From assembly GCA_010405405.1 (NCBI GenBank), contig MU004240.1:1622814-1686813 (forward strand): DNA of 64,000 bases, written 5' to 3'. The DNA is from Microthyrium microscopicum. Lineage: Eukaryota. The position numbers were made by a program, and so were the translations under genes. The notes beneath the pieces were generated by a model. That model saw nothing but the letters and a program-made list of their open reading frames with translations. It did not search any database and was not told the origin of the DNA. Shown one piece after another: positions 13,241 to 25,260 of this stretch (the stretch's first letter is position 1; each line of letters opens with the position of its first letter).

Positions 13241-14022
13241 ATGTCATTGAACGAAACTACGTCCTCAAATCTGCGTGTTCGCGAAGCCACTCTCGATGAT
13301 GTTGACGGCTGGGTAACCGCGATGCTCGCAGGCTATGAAATCGACCATCAATTCGTTTACAGATATCCGTTCCGCAAACAATATCCCGAGGATGCGCGTA
13401 GCGCGTCCGCTGCTGTGTTTAAAAACTTCATTGCGAACCCAAACACCGTACCTCTTGTCGCAGAAGCACCCATCGAGAGACCGGATGGCTCGTCGACCGG
13501 AAAGTGGACAATAGCCGCCATAGCTTGTTGGGAATGGAGAAGCATTGATGATGTAGAAAATGAAGCTCGTGGGTCCAAGTCTAATAACAAAGTCTCCACA
13601 ACCATTAACGAGTTAATATAGATCCGTCTAGTTTTTCTGCCCCAGGCACGACACGCCGTGATATGGATCCACAAAGACAAAAGGTTTTCATCGATGCTAT
13701 AGTTGCATCAGAGAAACGTCACTTTGGTCCCGAATGGGGGAGATCACGCATAGAGCTTCAGGATTTGGCTTGTGATCCCAGATTCTCACGGAGAGGAGCC
13801 GGTACTGCTCTGACACGATGGGGACTACGGAAGGCCCAAGATCAAGGCCTGCCAGTTATGCTCACAGCTAGTCCACTAGGGAGACTGATATACAAGAAAC
13901 TGGGCTTCCAGGATTTGGAGTATGTAGAATGTGGGATTGAAGGCGAGGAAGAGAAGGTTGGCACATGGGTTATGGTCTGGACACCTCAAGGGTGGGAAAA
14001 GCCTGAACAGCATGCACAATGA
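13241..14022 (+). CDS. GNAT acetyltransferase; 2 exons
   Basis: The intron gtgggt...atatag (~13569-13621) joins two track ORFs; motif A LACDPRFSRRGAGTALTRWG and the C-terminal LTASPLGRLIYKKLGF are present. Confidence 0.9.
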
Positions 14023-14593
14023 GTCCACAAGTATTTCGTAGACTACTGATCTCTTCGGAACTGAAACAAACCTTCAGATTTGCTGGCTCCCGCCTACAGA
14101 ATTTTGTATTTCACCTGTCTACGTGGCGACTAGGCTGAACTCAAAGGTAGCCATGCACTTACAAGTTACCAATTGAACCAATGATGTACCTGATGGATAA
14201 ATGAGCTAATGGTATCCTGCAGCACCAAGTAAGCCTCATCTTTTGGAGGCTCACCGGCCTCGAAGGGTCCGGAGGTTGCGAATTAGATTTACCGTCGTGA
14301 GCCGTCATAGTGAGGCTGTCAGGCTGAGCAACAGTTCAAGAGTCCAATGATATTCCTGCCTGCCAATCATTTCCACGCATCAGAACTTATCCTGCATAAT
14401 CATCCGCTCTGGGTCTGAATTGCTTTTTCTAAAGAGAAATGAAGACATACCTACCACTCATAGGATGCTCGAGTCTTGCCATTATTCAAATTCGTCCTAC
14501 TACTACCTAGGTACTTAAGGTGCCGACATCTGGACATAGGAGGAGAAAACTTGTTATTATACTTCCAACTAACTTTGATAGCTTCCACCTATC

Positions 14594-15655
14594 ATGGCAG
14601 ACGCGGCCGGAATAATTTTAAGTGTTATTGGACTCGTCCTAGATGGTATTCTGGGCATAATACAAATATTGCCTATCATCAGCGTCGTCCCCCAAGGCGC
14701 GCAATCAATCGTTCGCATAGCTGCGGGACTCCATGAAGAAGAAAAACTAGGAGGTGATATTCCAGGTATTACGGTATGGAACGAGAATGGAAAGAGACTT
14801 GGGAGTGTTAAACAATCGGGACAAATTGAGGCCGGGTCCTTTGCAGACATCGCAGTACCACAGACCCCTCCCGGACAACAGCCAACTTATCTCAGGATCG
14901 AGGGTGGTAAGAAGTCAATCTGCGTGGCATATATTGGACATGCCTGGTCGGATGGAACCCAACTTGGGTGGCTTGGTGATATGGGAAGCCAGTGTGGCAA
15001 GCAATTCTATTACTCAGATGTCATTGTTCACCGCTCGAATGGTACCCAATATAAGGTAAGCCGAGACCGTCTTATAGAGACAGTAGCTAATTCATCACTA
15101 TAGCCCCAATGCACCTGGATTGGTGGCACAGGGAGTTCAGCAGACTGGACAACTCAGATGACCATTCATACACCACATTTCAGCGCAATGAGTGCAGACA
15201 ACGGGTTCTCAGTCCCCGCTGACACTTCTACTCTGTGTAACCAGCCTGCTACAATTTGGAGCAATGATCCAGTAGTCAGTTCTGGAGCTAACAAAAGACT
15301 TGGATTGTTTGGTTTCTTCAGTATAGCAAGCTTGCTCACTGCCGCCACCGACTTCAAGCTACCAGCGCTAACATACTCATTGCGGGCTCCACAGATACCC
15401 TTTGAAGGAACCATAATCGGTAGTCATCACTCTCAACATAATAGCACGGCACTTTGCTCTAATCGGTTATCATATGGACCAGACTTTGTTTCGTTTCACG
15501 AAGGGATTTTTTGCGATATGCATAACCGACGCACATTGCCTCTTTGTGATTCAACGATACAAAGCGATTGCTATGATTGGAACAGTCATACCATCATAGG
15601 TCGCAGGCTTAAGAAGCGAAAGATGAGATATTACACAGTGACAGAATGGACATAG
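14594..15655 (+). CDS. Uncharacterised Cys-rich fungal protein with an N-terminal hydrophobic helix; 2 exons
   Basis: The intron gtaagc...ctatag (~15056-15103) joins the ORFs in frame (YK|PQCTWI). Conserved-looking motifs CVAYI, WLGDMG..CG and GPDFVSFHEGIFCDM. Confidence 0.75.
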
Positions 15656-16574
15656 GACATCGCCAGATAGATAGCCAGATAGTTCCGCACAACAAAAGCC
15701 TTGCGTCTGGATTTTGGCTCAACAGATCCAGACCAATCTCAGGCTTCTGGGATTTCTCAAAGACCGTTATGGAGCATCATACTGCTATAAAGCCATTGAA
15801 TCTTGTTGATAACATAACACAAATGATCAGATTTAATGTAGAAAAACTGACGCCAAGCTTAGGCTTCTTGACTTGATTGAAAAAGATGTCCGATGTTATT
15901 GTTCATTTTCCGCTCACGCATTTATCTACTGTCCTTAAGTCGTGATATCACAATTGGAATGTCGCTGTTCCTACCTGGTACTTAGTCATATTTTGGTCCG
16001 TGAATCTACTTTACTAATGATAATACAGCCTTCCTATCAGAATCAAGGCTATAACCATGTCTCATCTTGCATATCCCATGATAGTTCGACAAGATGAAGT
16101 CTTGTTCTAGGTTGAGCTCACTGTGGCCATGAAGTGAAATCATCAAATTTATAATCATATACAGCAAATTGAATGCTGGTCACCTCGTCAAACTCGGATT
16201 ACAACCAAACTGGAATTGGAGGTGTCAGCAGTGTCACTTTCGCGAAATCGAAGTACCTTAGGTAGGTAGAACTTGTTCATGGTCAGTGCCTTTCAGATAC
16301 GTATCAAAGCATTGTGCCGCGACAAGGCCATTGTTCAGGTAGTTTGTCTCTCTATAGCACTATGGTGCTCTGTATAGAATACCTTACCTTTCACCTCTCG
16401 GAGTCCAACTTGCAAAAGAATCTCGAGCCACATTTATACTCTTCAGTGGCTGTATCTAAGATATCTCCTCCCCATCCTCAACCACATACACGCTCAAACC
16501 TACAAACCCAACACCTGAACCAAAAAAACAACAAAACTACACTTTGGTAGCTATTCAGTCACACCCACGCTTCA

Positions 16575-16883
16575 ATGGCTTCCAAGGATTTTGATACATC
16601 CAAGCCTGTCAATGAAGAAGAGCTAAAAGCTTTCATTAAGCATTGGCTGAACAAGGCGCCGCTGGATGCAACAGGACTCGAAGAACTTCGCCTGCGGCGC
16701 CTTGAGGGCGAGCTTGAGTGCGAGCCCAACGGAAGCGGTCCACCTTCGGGAAAGTCAACTGGAACTGGCCCTGCGGCTGGCCAAACCCAGTTTCCAGGCG
16801 CCTCTCTTGCTCCCCAGGTGTCGTATTACGACCCTGAGGACGAAGACGAAGGGCAGCCAGCACGTAAACGTACTCGCAACTAG
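16575..16883 (+). CDS. Small orphan hypothetical protein (102 aa) with a C-terminal NLS-like PARKRTR
   Basis: ATG in good context (ttcaATGG) after a CA-rich leader; GC-richer coding-like composition; no recognisable domain. Confidence 0.5.
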   Translation: MASKDFDTSKPVNEEELKAFIKHWLNKAPLDATGLEELRLRRLEGELECEPNGSGPPSGKSTGTGPAAGQTQFPGASLAPQVSYYDPEDEDEGQPARKRTRN

Positions 16884-17200
16884 TACGACCATTTCTCAAT
16901 GTAATAATTGGTTGAGGCTTCAATAGATCGGGTCAAGTACGTCGATACTTCATGTCGGAGGATTGTCATGTAAACCAATTATCTTGTGCGATCCAAGCTC
17001 TCGATTCAATTTTTCAATTCAATTTTTCAATTCAACTTTTCCTTCAAATTTTTGTCTTTGCTTATGTGTATCTTCATCTAGATTATCTCAGTAGGGTCGG
17101 CTTCCATCTGTAAATCTAAACATAGATCAGTCATAGTGGTTCGAAATTTCACGTAATATGTAACGGTGATTGTACACAAGAAATAGAATTCTCATGTAAT

Positions 17201-18253
17201 TTATATATGTCCAACTCCGGCTTTGGCACTGAGAAGTTCACAAATTGTCGCTGCTGGATCAGTACTAGAAGTGTAATCAGTACAGAGTTCAACCGCAGTG
17301 CAATTCAAATACTGACGTGTACTTGTACGGAATGGATAGAGCTGCGGGTTTTGTTATACGCGCCTCGCCGTTCTCGAATATGTTATTTTTTGATGTGGCA
17401 AGCCCTTCCACTTTGGACGAAAGATTGGTAACGATGGGAAGAGTAACGTTCCGGAAATGACTCTCCTCAACCAGAACTTGAGCCCCCATTCGGGCGTTGA
17501 TGCCAGATGTTGGCGTGTTCTCGAAGCAGCTACTGAACATGTGGCCTGTGCCGAATCTAATGGACGGCAGACGAGAATTGACGTTATTCCAGTGATTGTG
17601 GTGAAATGTGACATGTAATTTGCCAGTGTCTTCTTCGCTGTTCTTATCGGAGTGTCCAACCAATGATCCCTTCCAGTGGTCGGAGAATTTCGACCAAGAC
17701 ACGGTGACTTGGTCACATCCATGCGTAATGTCGAGGAGGCCATCGTAATAGTCTTTGTTAACAGCTTTACCCTTGCTCTTAAATTCACAATGATCGATCC
17801 AAACTTTGGTTGCCCTGTCGAGTGAAAGAGCATCTCCTTTTTCTGTTGGTGTATCGAACTTTATATTACGTATGATGACATTCGACACCCGTTTGATGAT
17901 GAGACCACCATCTTTCAGTCCTGCATGTTCATTAGCAATTCTCGCAGCGCGTATGTTTTCTGGGAAAGGCATCTACCGGAGTTTGCGCCTACTCCTTGGA
18001 TCGTGGTACTACCGCCAACTTTGATGACACCACAACCGGGCAACACTCCTTGGATCTTGATGACATTTCCGCCCTTACCAGCGGCAGCGCTCAGTGCAGA
18101 ACAAGAGGTGACTGTGATACCTCCACCATTGCCGCCGCCGGTAGTGCTAGCGCCATAACCGATAGGTCCTTCTGATACAGCTCCGCGCTGAGGAATTGGA
18201 TCGGCAACTACCAAGGAGATAATCAGTATTGCGACGAGTGTGGATAAAAACAT
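17201..18253 (-). CDS. Secreted pectate lyase, polysaccharide lyase family 1; 3 exons
   Basis: Signal peptide MFLSTLVAILIISLVVA; TTGGGNG, NVIIRNIKF, VWIDH, YYDGLLDI, DHWKGSLVGHSD and RLPSIRFG (RxPxxR) motifs. Confidence 0.95.
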
Positions 18254-19228
18254 GGTTGTTATATCATCGCTAGTATGAGCTCCTGTTTCCTAGTAGGATT
18301 ATGGTTTTCAAGCAGAGTGAGGATCAACGGGTACTAATGTCTCGGTTGTAGGATGTTACCTTATTTTCTGAAAGAAGATGTCTTGATGTCCTCGCGGCTC
18401 GCCCATAGCGACTGGGACTAAATCACATTTGATTATATTACCTGAACATCATACAGCCTATAAGATTTAAAGCCAAGGCGAACTTGACGGGTGTGTGTGT
18501 GAAATAGGCGACGCGGACGATCTTCATGTCACAGCCCTATTGCAATATGAAAGGCCACCAATTTCTAGCATCACCATATCTCTTTTCAATCGTTGATTTT
18601 AATTCGGTTGATGCTTACTTGCCTTACCTAGGTACACGTATCTTCCGCTTTGGTAGACATTCCGGCCTTTAAGTCAAGTTGTTCAGGCACAAGAAATATG
18701 GCTTGCAATGCAGGAAAAATGAAATGCTCATCGAAGAACTGTTGGAGACAGGCAATAATGACATAGTATAAAAAGCATGTGGTCGAAAGTTCTCTCTGTT
18801 CTATATCTTCATTATCCTCAAAGACATGATGCCCTCAATCATCTTCCCTAAAGCATTCTCCTAACAGTATACTTTCTCTACAGCAATCTCCATTATGTAT
18901 CTGCTCTTTATACTTTACTCAAAATTCCATAGGCCATTGTTGTTGTTGGACATGCACAAAGAGATTGTATTTCAACAAAGTCTTTGTCGCTTCGTTGGAT
19001 TTGATTCGATTTGAATTAGTCCTAATCCGGCGCAGTGAAGTTCCTTTATGATGCCTTTGTGTCATCCAGCTAACTTGCAAATCTCATATATTTATACTCC
19101 TTGATACCTGTACTTGAGTTTCTTCCTGTTCATTCCAAACGCGCTCCTCAAACCGCACTCCAAAACACTTCCACATCCACAATTTCTACCAGCAAAACAA
19201 CCCGCTTCAAACCCTCGAACCACCACTA

Positions 19229-20044
19229 ATGTCTGGCGGATACAACTATTTCGGTCAAGGAGGCGGTCCTCCTGGTTATCCAGGCTCTGGCCAGGGCGGC
19301 GCTCCTCCCGGCTATCCAGGTGCCCCATCTGGTTATCCAGGTGCGCCTTCTGGCTATCCAGGTGGCCCTTCAGGTTATCCAGGTGCTCCTTCAGGTTACC
19401 CAGGTGCTGCCCCTTCAGGTTATCCAGGTGCTGCTCCTTCAGGTTATCCAGGTGCTGCTCCTTCTGGTTATCCAGGTGCCCCTTCTGGTTATCCTGGCTC
19501 CACTTCAGGTTATCCTGGCGCCACTTCAGGTTATCCAGGTGCACCATCTGGTTATCCAGGTGCTCCTTCTGGTTATCCAGCTGGCCCCTCTGGTTATCCA
19601 GGTGCTCTTTCTGGTTACCCAGGTGCTGCTCCTCCTGGTTATCCAGGTGCTGCTCCTCCTGGTTATCCAGGCTATGGGGGTGCTCCTCGCGCTTCTCAAG
19701 CTCCTCGTTCCTCTCGCCGTGCGCCAACCTCCAACTATGCTCAAGATGACTCTGACTCTGATGAGGATGACTTCAGCATGGATCGCATCCAAGCCCAACT
19801 TCATGCTCCACTGCCACCTGGCGTCATCGGCCGGGTCGTTACTCACTTGGAGAACGGCCAGGTCGTAGGAGAGTGGTCTTCATCTGAGCGGGCTGGTCAA
19901 ATCCACGCAAATGAACGCAACAACCCCAACTATCGGTTCATCAGCCGAGATGGCAGTGGTCGTTCAGGTCGACAAGGCTCCCGTCAAGCTCGCCGTAGTG
20001 AGTACCCATCAGGTCCTCGTCCACCAACTCGCTACTACGAGTAG
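19229..20044 (+). CDS. Low-complexity Gly/Pro/Tyr (SGYPGAP) repeat protein, 271 aa
   Basis: ATG-initiated intronless ORF with 18 GYP units followed by an acidic patch and an Arg-rich tail. Many differences between repeat units are synonymous in this frame (tca/tct, tat/tac, cca/cct). Confidence 0.8.
   Translation: MSGGYNYFGQGGGPPGYPGSGQGGAPPGYPGAPSGYPGAPSGYPGGPSGYPGAPSGYPGAAPSGYPGAAPSGYPGAAPSGYPGAPSGYPGSTSGYPGATSGYPGAPSGYPGAPSGYPAGPSGYPGALSGYPGAAPPGYPGAAPPGYPGYGGAPRASQAPRSSRRAPTSNYAQDDSDSDEDDFSMDRIQAQLHAPLPPGVIGRVVTHLENGQVVGEWSSSERAGQIHANERNNPNYRFISRDGSGRSGRQGSRQARRSEYPSGPRPPTRYYE
19268..19672 (+). repeat. Coding minisatellite of 21/24-nt units (core ggttatccaggtgc)
   Basis: Directly visible tandem array. 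Confidence 0.95.
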
Positions 20045-20698
20045 GTTCTCCCACCTCACTTTGCCAAATTGGCTACTCGGCCGGTTCTAGTCTTTGCTAG
20101 ATTGGTCTAAAACAGTACTTATTCTTAAGGGGGGTTATAACTCCAACATAGATATCTTGTGCGATTTTCTCGGCTAAATATTCAATACATATACTTATCC
20201 CCAAGCTTTCTCTTTTTGTTCAAACTTTCATATGTGACACGCATTAATCAATCAGCGACTGTATCAAACTCTGATGAACAGGTTATGAATTTGAAATAGA
20301 ACTATATCTGCTCGTTCTTGCTTCTTGTCTTTGTATTCAACGACTTGGTTTGGCTCCAGATACTATGCACCGACGACGCATAGTGCTGAAAGTGTGATTT
20401 TGATCGTGAATAGCACGGATCAGGATCCAATCAATCCGATCTTCTTTTCCCTTCTAGGCATTAATGTCGAAAGTATCTTAGGCAAATTGAAGGTAGCATT
20501 GTTGCGCGACTTCATCGATATGTCTCGGGCGTCGTCAATCAGTTGTACATCTTCAAGTAGCGCTTTTATGGGCATTCCACGGTGGCTCAAAAAACCAAGT
20601 AGGTTGATTATGTCATCGCAGTAAATGAAATTGAAGCAGCGTGAATGCAACAGCGGGCAGTGCTGAGCGTGAAATTATGACACCGCGATATTTGCATT

Positions 20699-21229
20699 TC
20701 ATTCGGGTAGCTTCTTATGAGGGTATGGAACGCCTTCAACAATAACACAACCTTGAGCTTTCAGGCTATCCAAGGCTGTGGTTTCGTGCTCAAGAACATC
20801 CGGTGCCAGACTCGGAGGATCAGCTGCAGTGAATAAGTCTACGACATCCAATCCCGCTAGACACTCGAAGATAAATTGGCAACGAGTCATATGGAACTTC
20901 GAAGTCAAGACCCCAAATCTTTCCACATGGTGAGAAGATGAAAATTCCAATATCATCGTAGCATCTTCCACAGTGTTCGAGCTCAGTAAATCTTTCGGAC
21001 TTGCAGCGTCAATCACTGCCCCATTTCGGAGTAAACACTGGTGAAGTAGTTCTCGATGTGGTGTCGGAGATGTGTTGAAGTGACTTCCAAAGCCCCCAGT
21101 GGCCATGATAATCATCTCAGGGTACTTTGTCTGGATTTCAATGGCCCTTGTGATTCTATTTTCTGATGTCGGAGAGAGTATTCCATCAGGGCTATTTGGA
21201 GATCCAAGGATAAATAAAATATAAGGCAT
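20699..21229 (-). CDS. DUF218/YdcF/ElyC-family protein (176 aa), intronless
   Basis: From the ATG at 21229: ILGSPN..G.LS....R...A, ATGGFG, SSNTVEDA and VLTSKFHMTR (the family NT.E and TS.FH..R motifs). Confidence 0.85.
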   Translation of the reverse strand: MPYILFILGSPNSPDGILSPTSENRITRAIEIQTKYPEMIIMATGGFGSHFNTSPTPHRELLHQCLLRNGAVIDAASPKDLLSSNTVEDATMILEFSSSHHVERFGVLTSKFHMTRCQFIFECLAGLDVVDLFTAADPPSLAPDVLEHETTALDSLKAQGCVIVEGVPYPHKKLPE

Positions 21230-21677
21230 CCAAGAAGCTATTGTCCTGAATAAAAGACCAAGTATTATGAGTCGCGTAGTAGACAAAAAAGATAAGGATT
21301 TCACAAGATAGAGCAGGACGAGGGAGAATATAAGAACTGGTCGCCTAACTTTAATCTAAGTAAGACTTCTTAGAACTAATTAGAAGATTGAAATAAGCAC
21401 TACACTAGTGCTCACAGGCGAACTGTAGTTCCGGTTGGTACGGTACACCTCAAGGATCAGTAACCTAAATTTATTTCTAGAACTAATGCTATAGCCAAGC
21501 CTAATATGCCTGCTATCTCTTACTTTTGATGACATTGGTGTAGAAATTGAACAAGATTACATTGAGAATTTAAAGACTATCTACTAAATCGAGTAAAAGT
21601 TCAACGAGCATGAGTATAAGGCAAAGTTCTTTATGCTGTACAACAGCAATTGTTGCTTTGATAGAATGGTCGCTCCT

Positions 21678-23713
21678 CTACGTAGTGCGGCTCGTGGCTG
21701 GAGGTGGGAAGCGTGCACGCCAACTGGCACCCTTAAGCTGGGTGATGACAATGGAGAGAACAAAGAATGCTACGATAGCAGCTTGGCAACCGAATGTGAC
21801 TGCCGGACCGTTGTTTGCAACCCACTTGATCTGGAAGTATGTCACAGTAAATCCACCTAGTCAATACAATTAGCACAATGTTTTCACAAGCTGTTCTTGG
21901 GTACACTTACCAACTGTGCGGAATGCATTCAACCATGCAGCCGTCAATGCAGCATGTTGAGGCATAACATCAAGGAAGTAAGCCGATACGGCAGTTGCAC
22001 TACCAAGAGTTGAGAAACAGTTGAGGCCCCAGCCGAACGCAATGGAAACCCAGTGAAGGTGATGTTGTAGCCCTTGGCCAAAGAGAACCAGACCGCAGAC
22101 ACCAAAAATCCATGGGATGTAGACACCAAATAGTCGAGCTTCTGGTTTGAAGACGCCGTTGTGGCTTTTGATGTAGCGTGTAGCAATGAAATCGTTGAAC
22201 CAATGTCCCCATAACTCTGCAAGAATCGTGCCGATCATTGGAGCCAAGAAAATGAGGGCAGTGGCAGTATTGCTGAACAGATATGGTGGTGGTTTGACAA
22301 ATTGACTGATGGTAGACACCAATCCAATTGTCCACATAGTCTGGAAAGTGATGAAAAGTAGCCCTGGGATTAGAATGTAAGGACGAGCGAATATTCCGAA
22401 AAGATCTTTGGCGACTTCAAAGACACCGGGCTTGTCTCCTGATTGCTGATAGCCAGTGATTCCTACCAAGCGCTTGATCTTTCCTGCGATACCGGGTTGT
22501 CGAGCATATCGGACTGCTGCGACGTCCCGGTTGTACAATGTTTCGTCTCCCAAAAGGATAACCATGAGCACAGACAGGCCATAGAGGCCACATAGAACAC
22601 CAAAGTTGTTGCGCCAGTCAAGGCCTTCGGCAATGAACCCAGATAGGAACTGTTTGATGTTAGCTTTTGCTCTTTTGCAGAATGTTGTGGAACTAAATAG
22701 GACATATTTGATGCAGGTACGGACGAGGCTGAATCTCAGCCTTATTCGTAGTGGACTAATCAAAAGCCACGAGTGGTACGCTTAGTAACCGAGACTTTCC
22801 AGCTCCGACTGCCATTGGCTGAATGCTCAGTCACATCCACTTGGCGTTCCAGAGCACAAGATACGGGAAACACAAATAAATAAGAGGAACTTACCGGTCC
22901 CAAATAAGGCCCAATCAAGAAACTGAAAGCCCAAATATTGATCTTCCGAGCTCGCTCATGGAAGAAGAACATATCATGGACAATAGAGAGCCCGATGACC
23001 TGTGGAGGCGCACCAAAGAACCCCTGGAGTGTGCGACATGCGGTAAAACCTGCGTAGCCCTTGGCGTATGTTGCACCAATTGAGGAAATCAGTGTTGCAA
23101 ACTGACACCAGAAAAGCACCGGAAGACTAGACGATGATCAGTCGAGATTTGTGTACGATTTGCGGCTGAACTTACCGGCCATATCTCTGAGCAAGCGGAA
23201 CCGCTAGCAAACCTCCTGGGCCTTGCCTGTTGAATTTGGTAAGTTTCGAGGATGGAGAAAACCGAGGTTACTTACATGAAAATGGCACCGGAAATGGAGT
23301 TGGCGACATCAGGGACCTGGGTTTTATGAGTATCAATTGAACACGAAGGTCTAATTGCAACTTACGATCATGTGGAATTCTGGAGCCTGTTGTTCAAAGA
23401 GCGTCGTACCCCAAGTGATGACAAAGTCTGTCAAAATACAACCAGGAATCAAAGCAAGCAAGACGGAGTGCTTCTTCGTCCACGACCAGTTCAATGGATC
23501 GCTGGGGTCATCAGAAGGCTGTGGAATCAAGACAACACTGCCGTCAGCAGTTGTCTTGAGTCCGCTGGCATCAGAACCACTGTCACTACCAGCGCGCTCT
23601 CTTACATGATGGCCAACGACATATTGACCGTCTTCGAGCTCTTCCAGATGTCGAGAATGACGTTGATGAACCTTTTCGCTAGCACCTTTTTCGGGTAGTT
23701 GATTGTCTGCCAT
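21678..23713 (-). CDS. MFS transporter, HOL1-like; multi-exon
   Basis: LIPQPSDDPSDPLNWSW.KK, FTACRTLQGFF and DMFFFHERARKINIW motifs; many TM segments; several short introns at 22650-23370. Confidence 0.9.
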
Positions 23714-25260
23714 TTTGAAGAATTGGAATGAAAGAGGTTGGAAACTACAAGTCAAAATGATATGAGAGACAAGACACGCTATAAAGCATACAAACTCAAT
23801 GCGAGTTACAGCCCCCGATAAAATAAGCACCAAAAGGCCAAAACATTCCCGGTGCTAGAGATAACAACGATATTTATACATAAGGTGCTACATTATCACC
23901 TCAGACGGCCGACGCACGGCGATCCGTACCAGTCAAAATTCAAGTGTCCCATGTCGTACGAGGGAGGACCCATGCAGCTGCTGACTTGAGAAGTGGTGCC
24001 GGTCGATGGGCTGTGCATGCCAAAACGTTTAAAGAAACTAACACACGGCATGGGATCCAGCACTATGGGTCAGCCTTTTGGTAGAGTTTAAACATTGATT
24101 CTAAACAATGGCCGACATGGTGGGTTGTTTCATCGGCGCTCCTAGGGGTCAATCGATGTTGGATCGTCCAGAGAACTCGATTTGATAGACTGCGGCTGGC
24201 TGACTCGCGGCATGGTACCCCAACTTCTTGAGCTCGTGCAGTCTTTCTAACAGATTTGTCGAGGCCTGCATTGCTGAGGTTGTTGTGTCCTAGTCAGGCC
24301 TCATCTTGTGATGCTCTTGTAGAATGCAGGGACATTTTTCATTGCCATCAAAATCAAAGTTCGATTAGTCGGGTTGGTAGACATGGAAACCTTTGCTGTG
24401 TCACAGCCATATCATGTGGCTAAGCCTTCCAACAAATGGATATTTCTGTATCAAGATTAGAATTGTGGATTGCGCGGCCATCATTACGAGTTGATTCAAA
24501 ACCGCTGTTTTTAAGCTTTGAATGTGTCTCCTATGTTTTGTGTTAGCGGCTTGTGCCTTTTGCGCTACTTGGCAAAGAAACACAAGATATGCAAGAGAGG
24601 ATGAAATAGAAAGGCCGCGCATGGGAATGCGTTAAAAAAGTGGATTCTTCAAATGCTTACAGTTATTTTGGTTGTCTCTCCGACAATCGATTTGAGTGGT
24701 GACACGAAACCCACAATCAATGCGGCAAAGCGGGATGATCTGAAAACTAGAATTTTCGTGCTGCGCATTCAGTATTGGGGACTGCGAAAGTCAGGATTCA
24801 GGAAGGATGCATGAGAGCCAAGTCCCCACGATCTGACAGGCTGAGGACGGCATCTGCAGGTGTCAGTGTCAAATGAAAAGTATATATTCTCATGCATCAT
24901 GTCTGCACCAACTCAAGAGCAAATATAGCAAGGGCTATTGGCTAAGGTCACCAACAGAGAAACTAAGTCGACCCTATCATCATAAATGGCGTTAAAGGTC
25001 AAAGTCAGGGTAAAAGTATGTGGTTCTTTGGAAATGGATTGAGCTTTGAAGTTAGTCAGGCCAGGCTGCTGGGAAACGGAATACAAACTCTGACGCACTG
25101 GACTGCCGTGGAATTGAATTGTTCATAGTACCAGGCCAGCATCACACGCAAATGCCAATACGAAAACATGTTCCAACAAGCGCTGTCTATATTAAGTGTA
25201 TGGAAGTCTGATGCTTATGATACAATGGATAATCACGGCCTGCTGGGTGTCCACGAACAA

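Noticed and set aside
19268..19672. CRISPR-like array
   Set aside because: The units are contiguous with no unique spacers, the context is eukaryotic, and there are no cas genes.
19092..19868. Long overlapping ORFs in other frames ([14 protein letters not shown] and antisense HLDNLKEQ repeats)
   Set aside because: These are by-products of a stop-free 3n tandem repeat; they have non-ATG starts, and the synonymous variation fits the GYPG frame.
21340..21510. Possible small RIPed TE relic upstream of the DUF218 gene
   Set aside because: Only mildly TpA-rich, with no termini or coding remnant.
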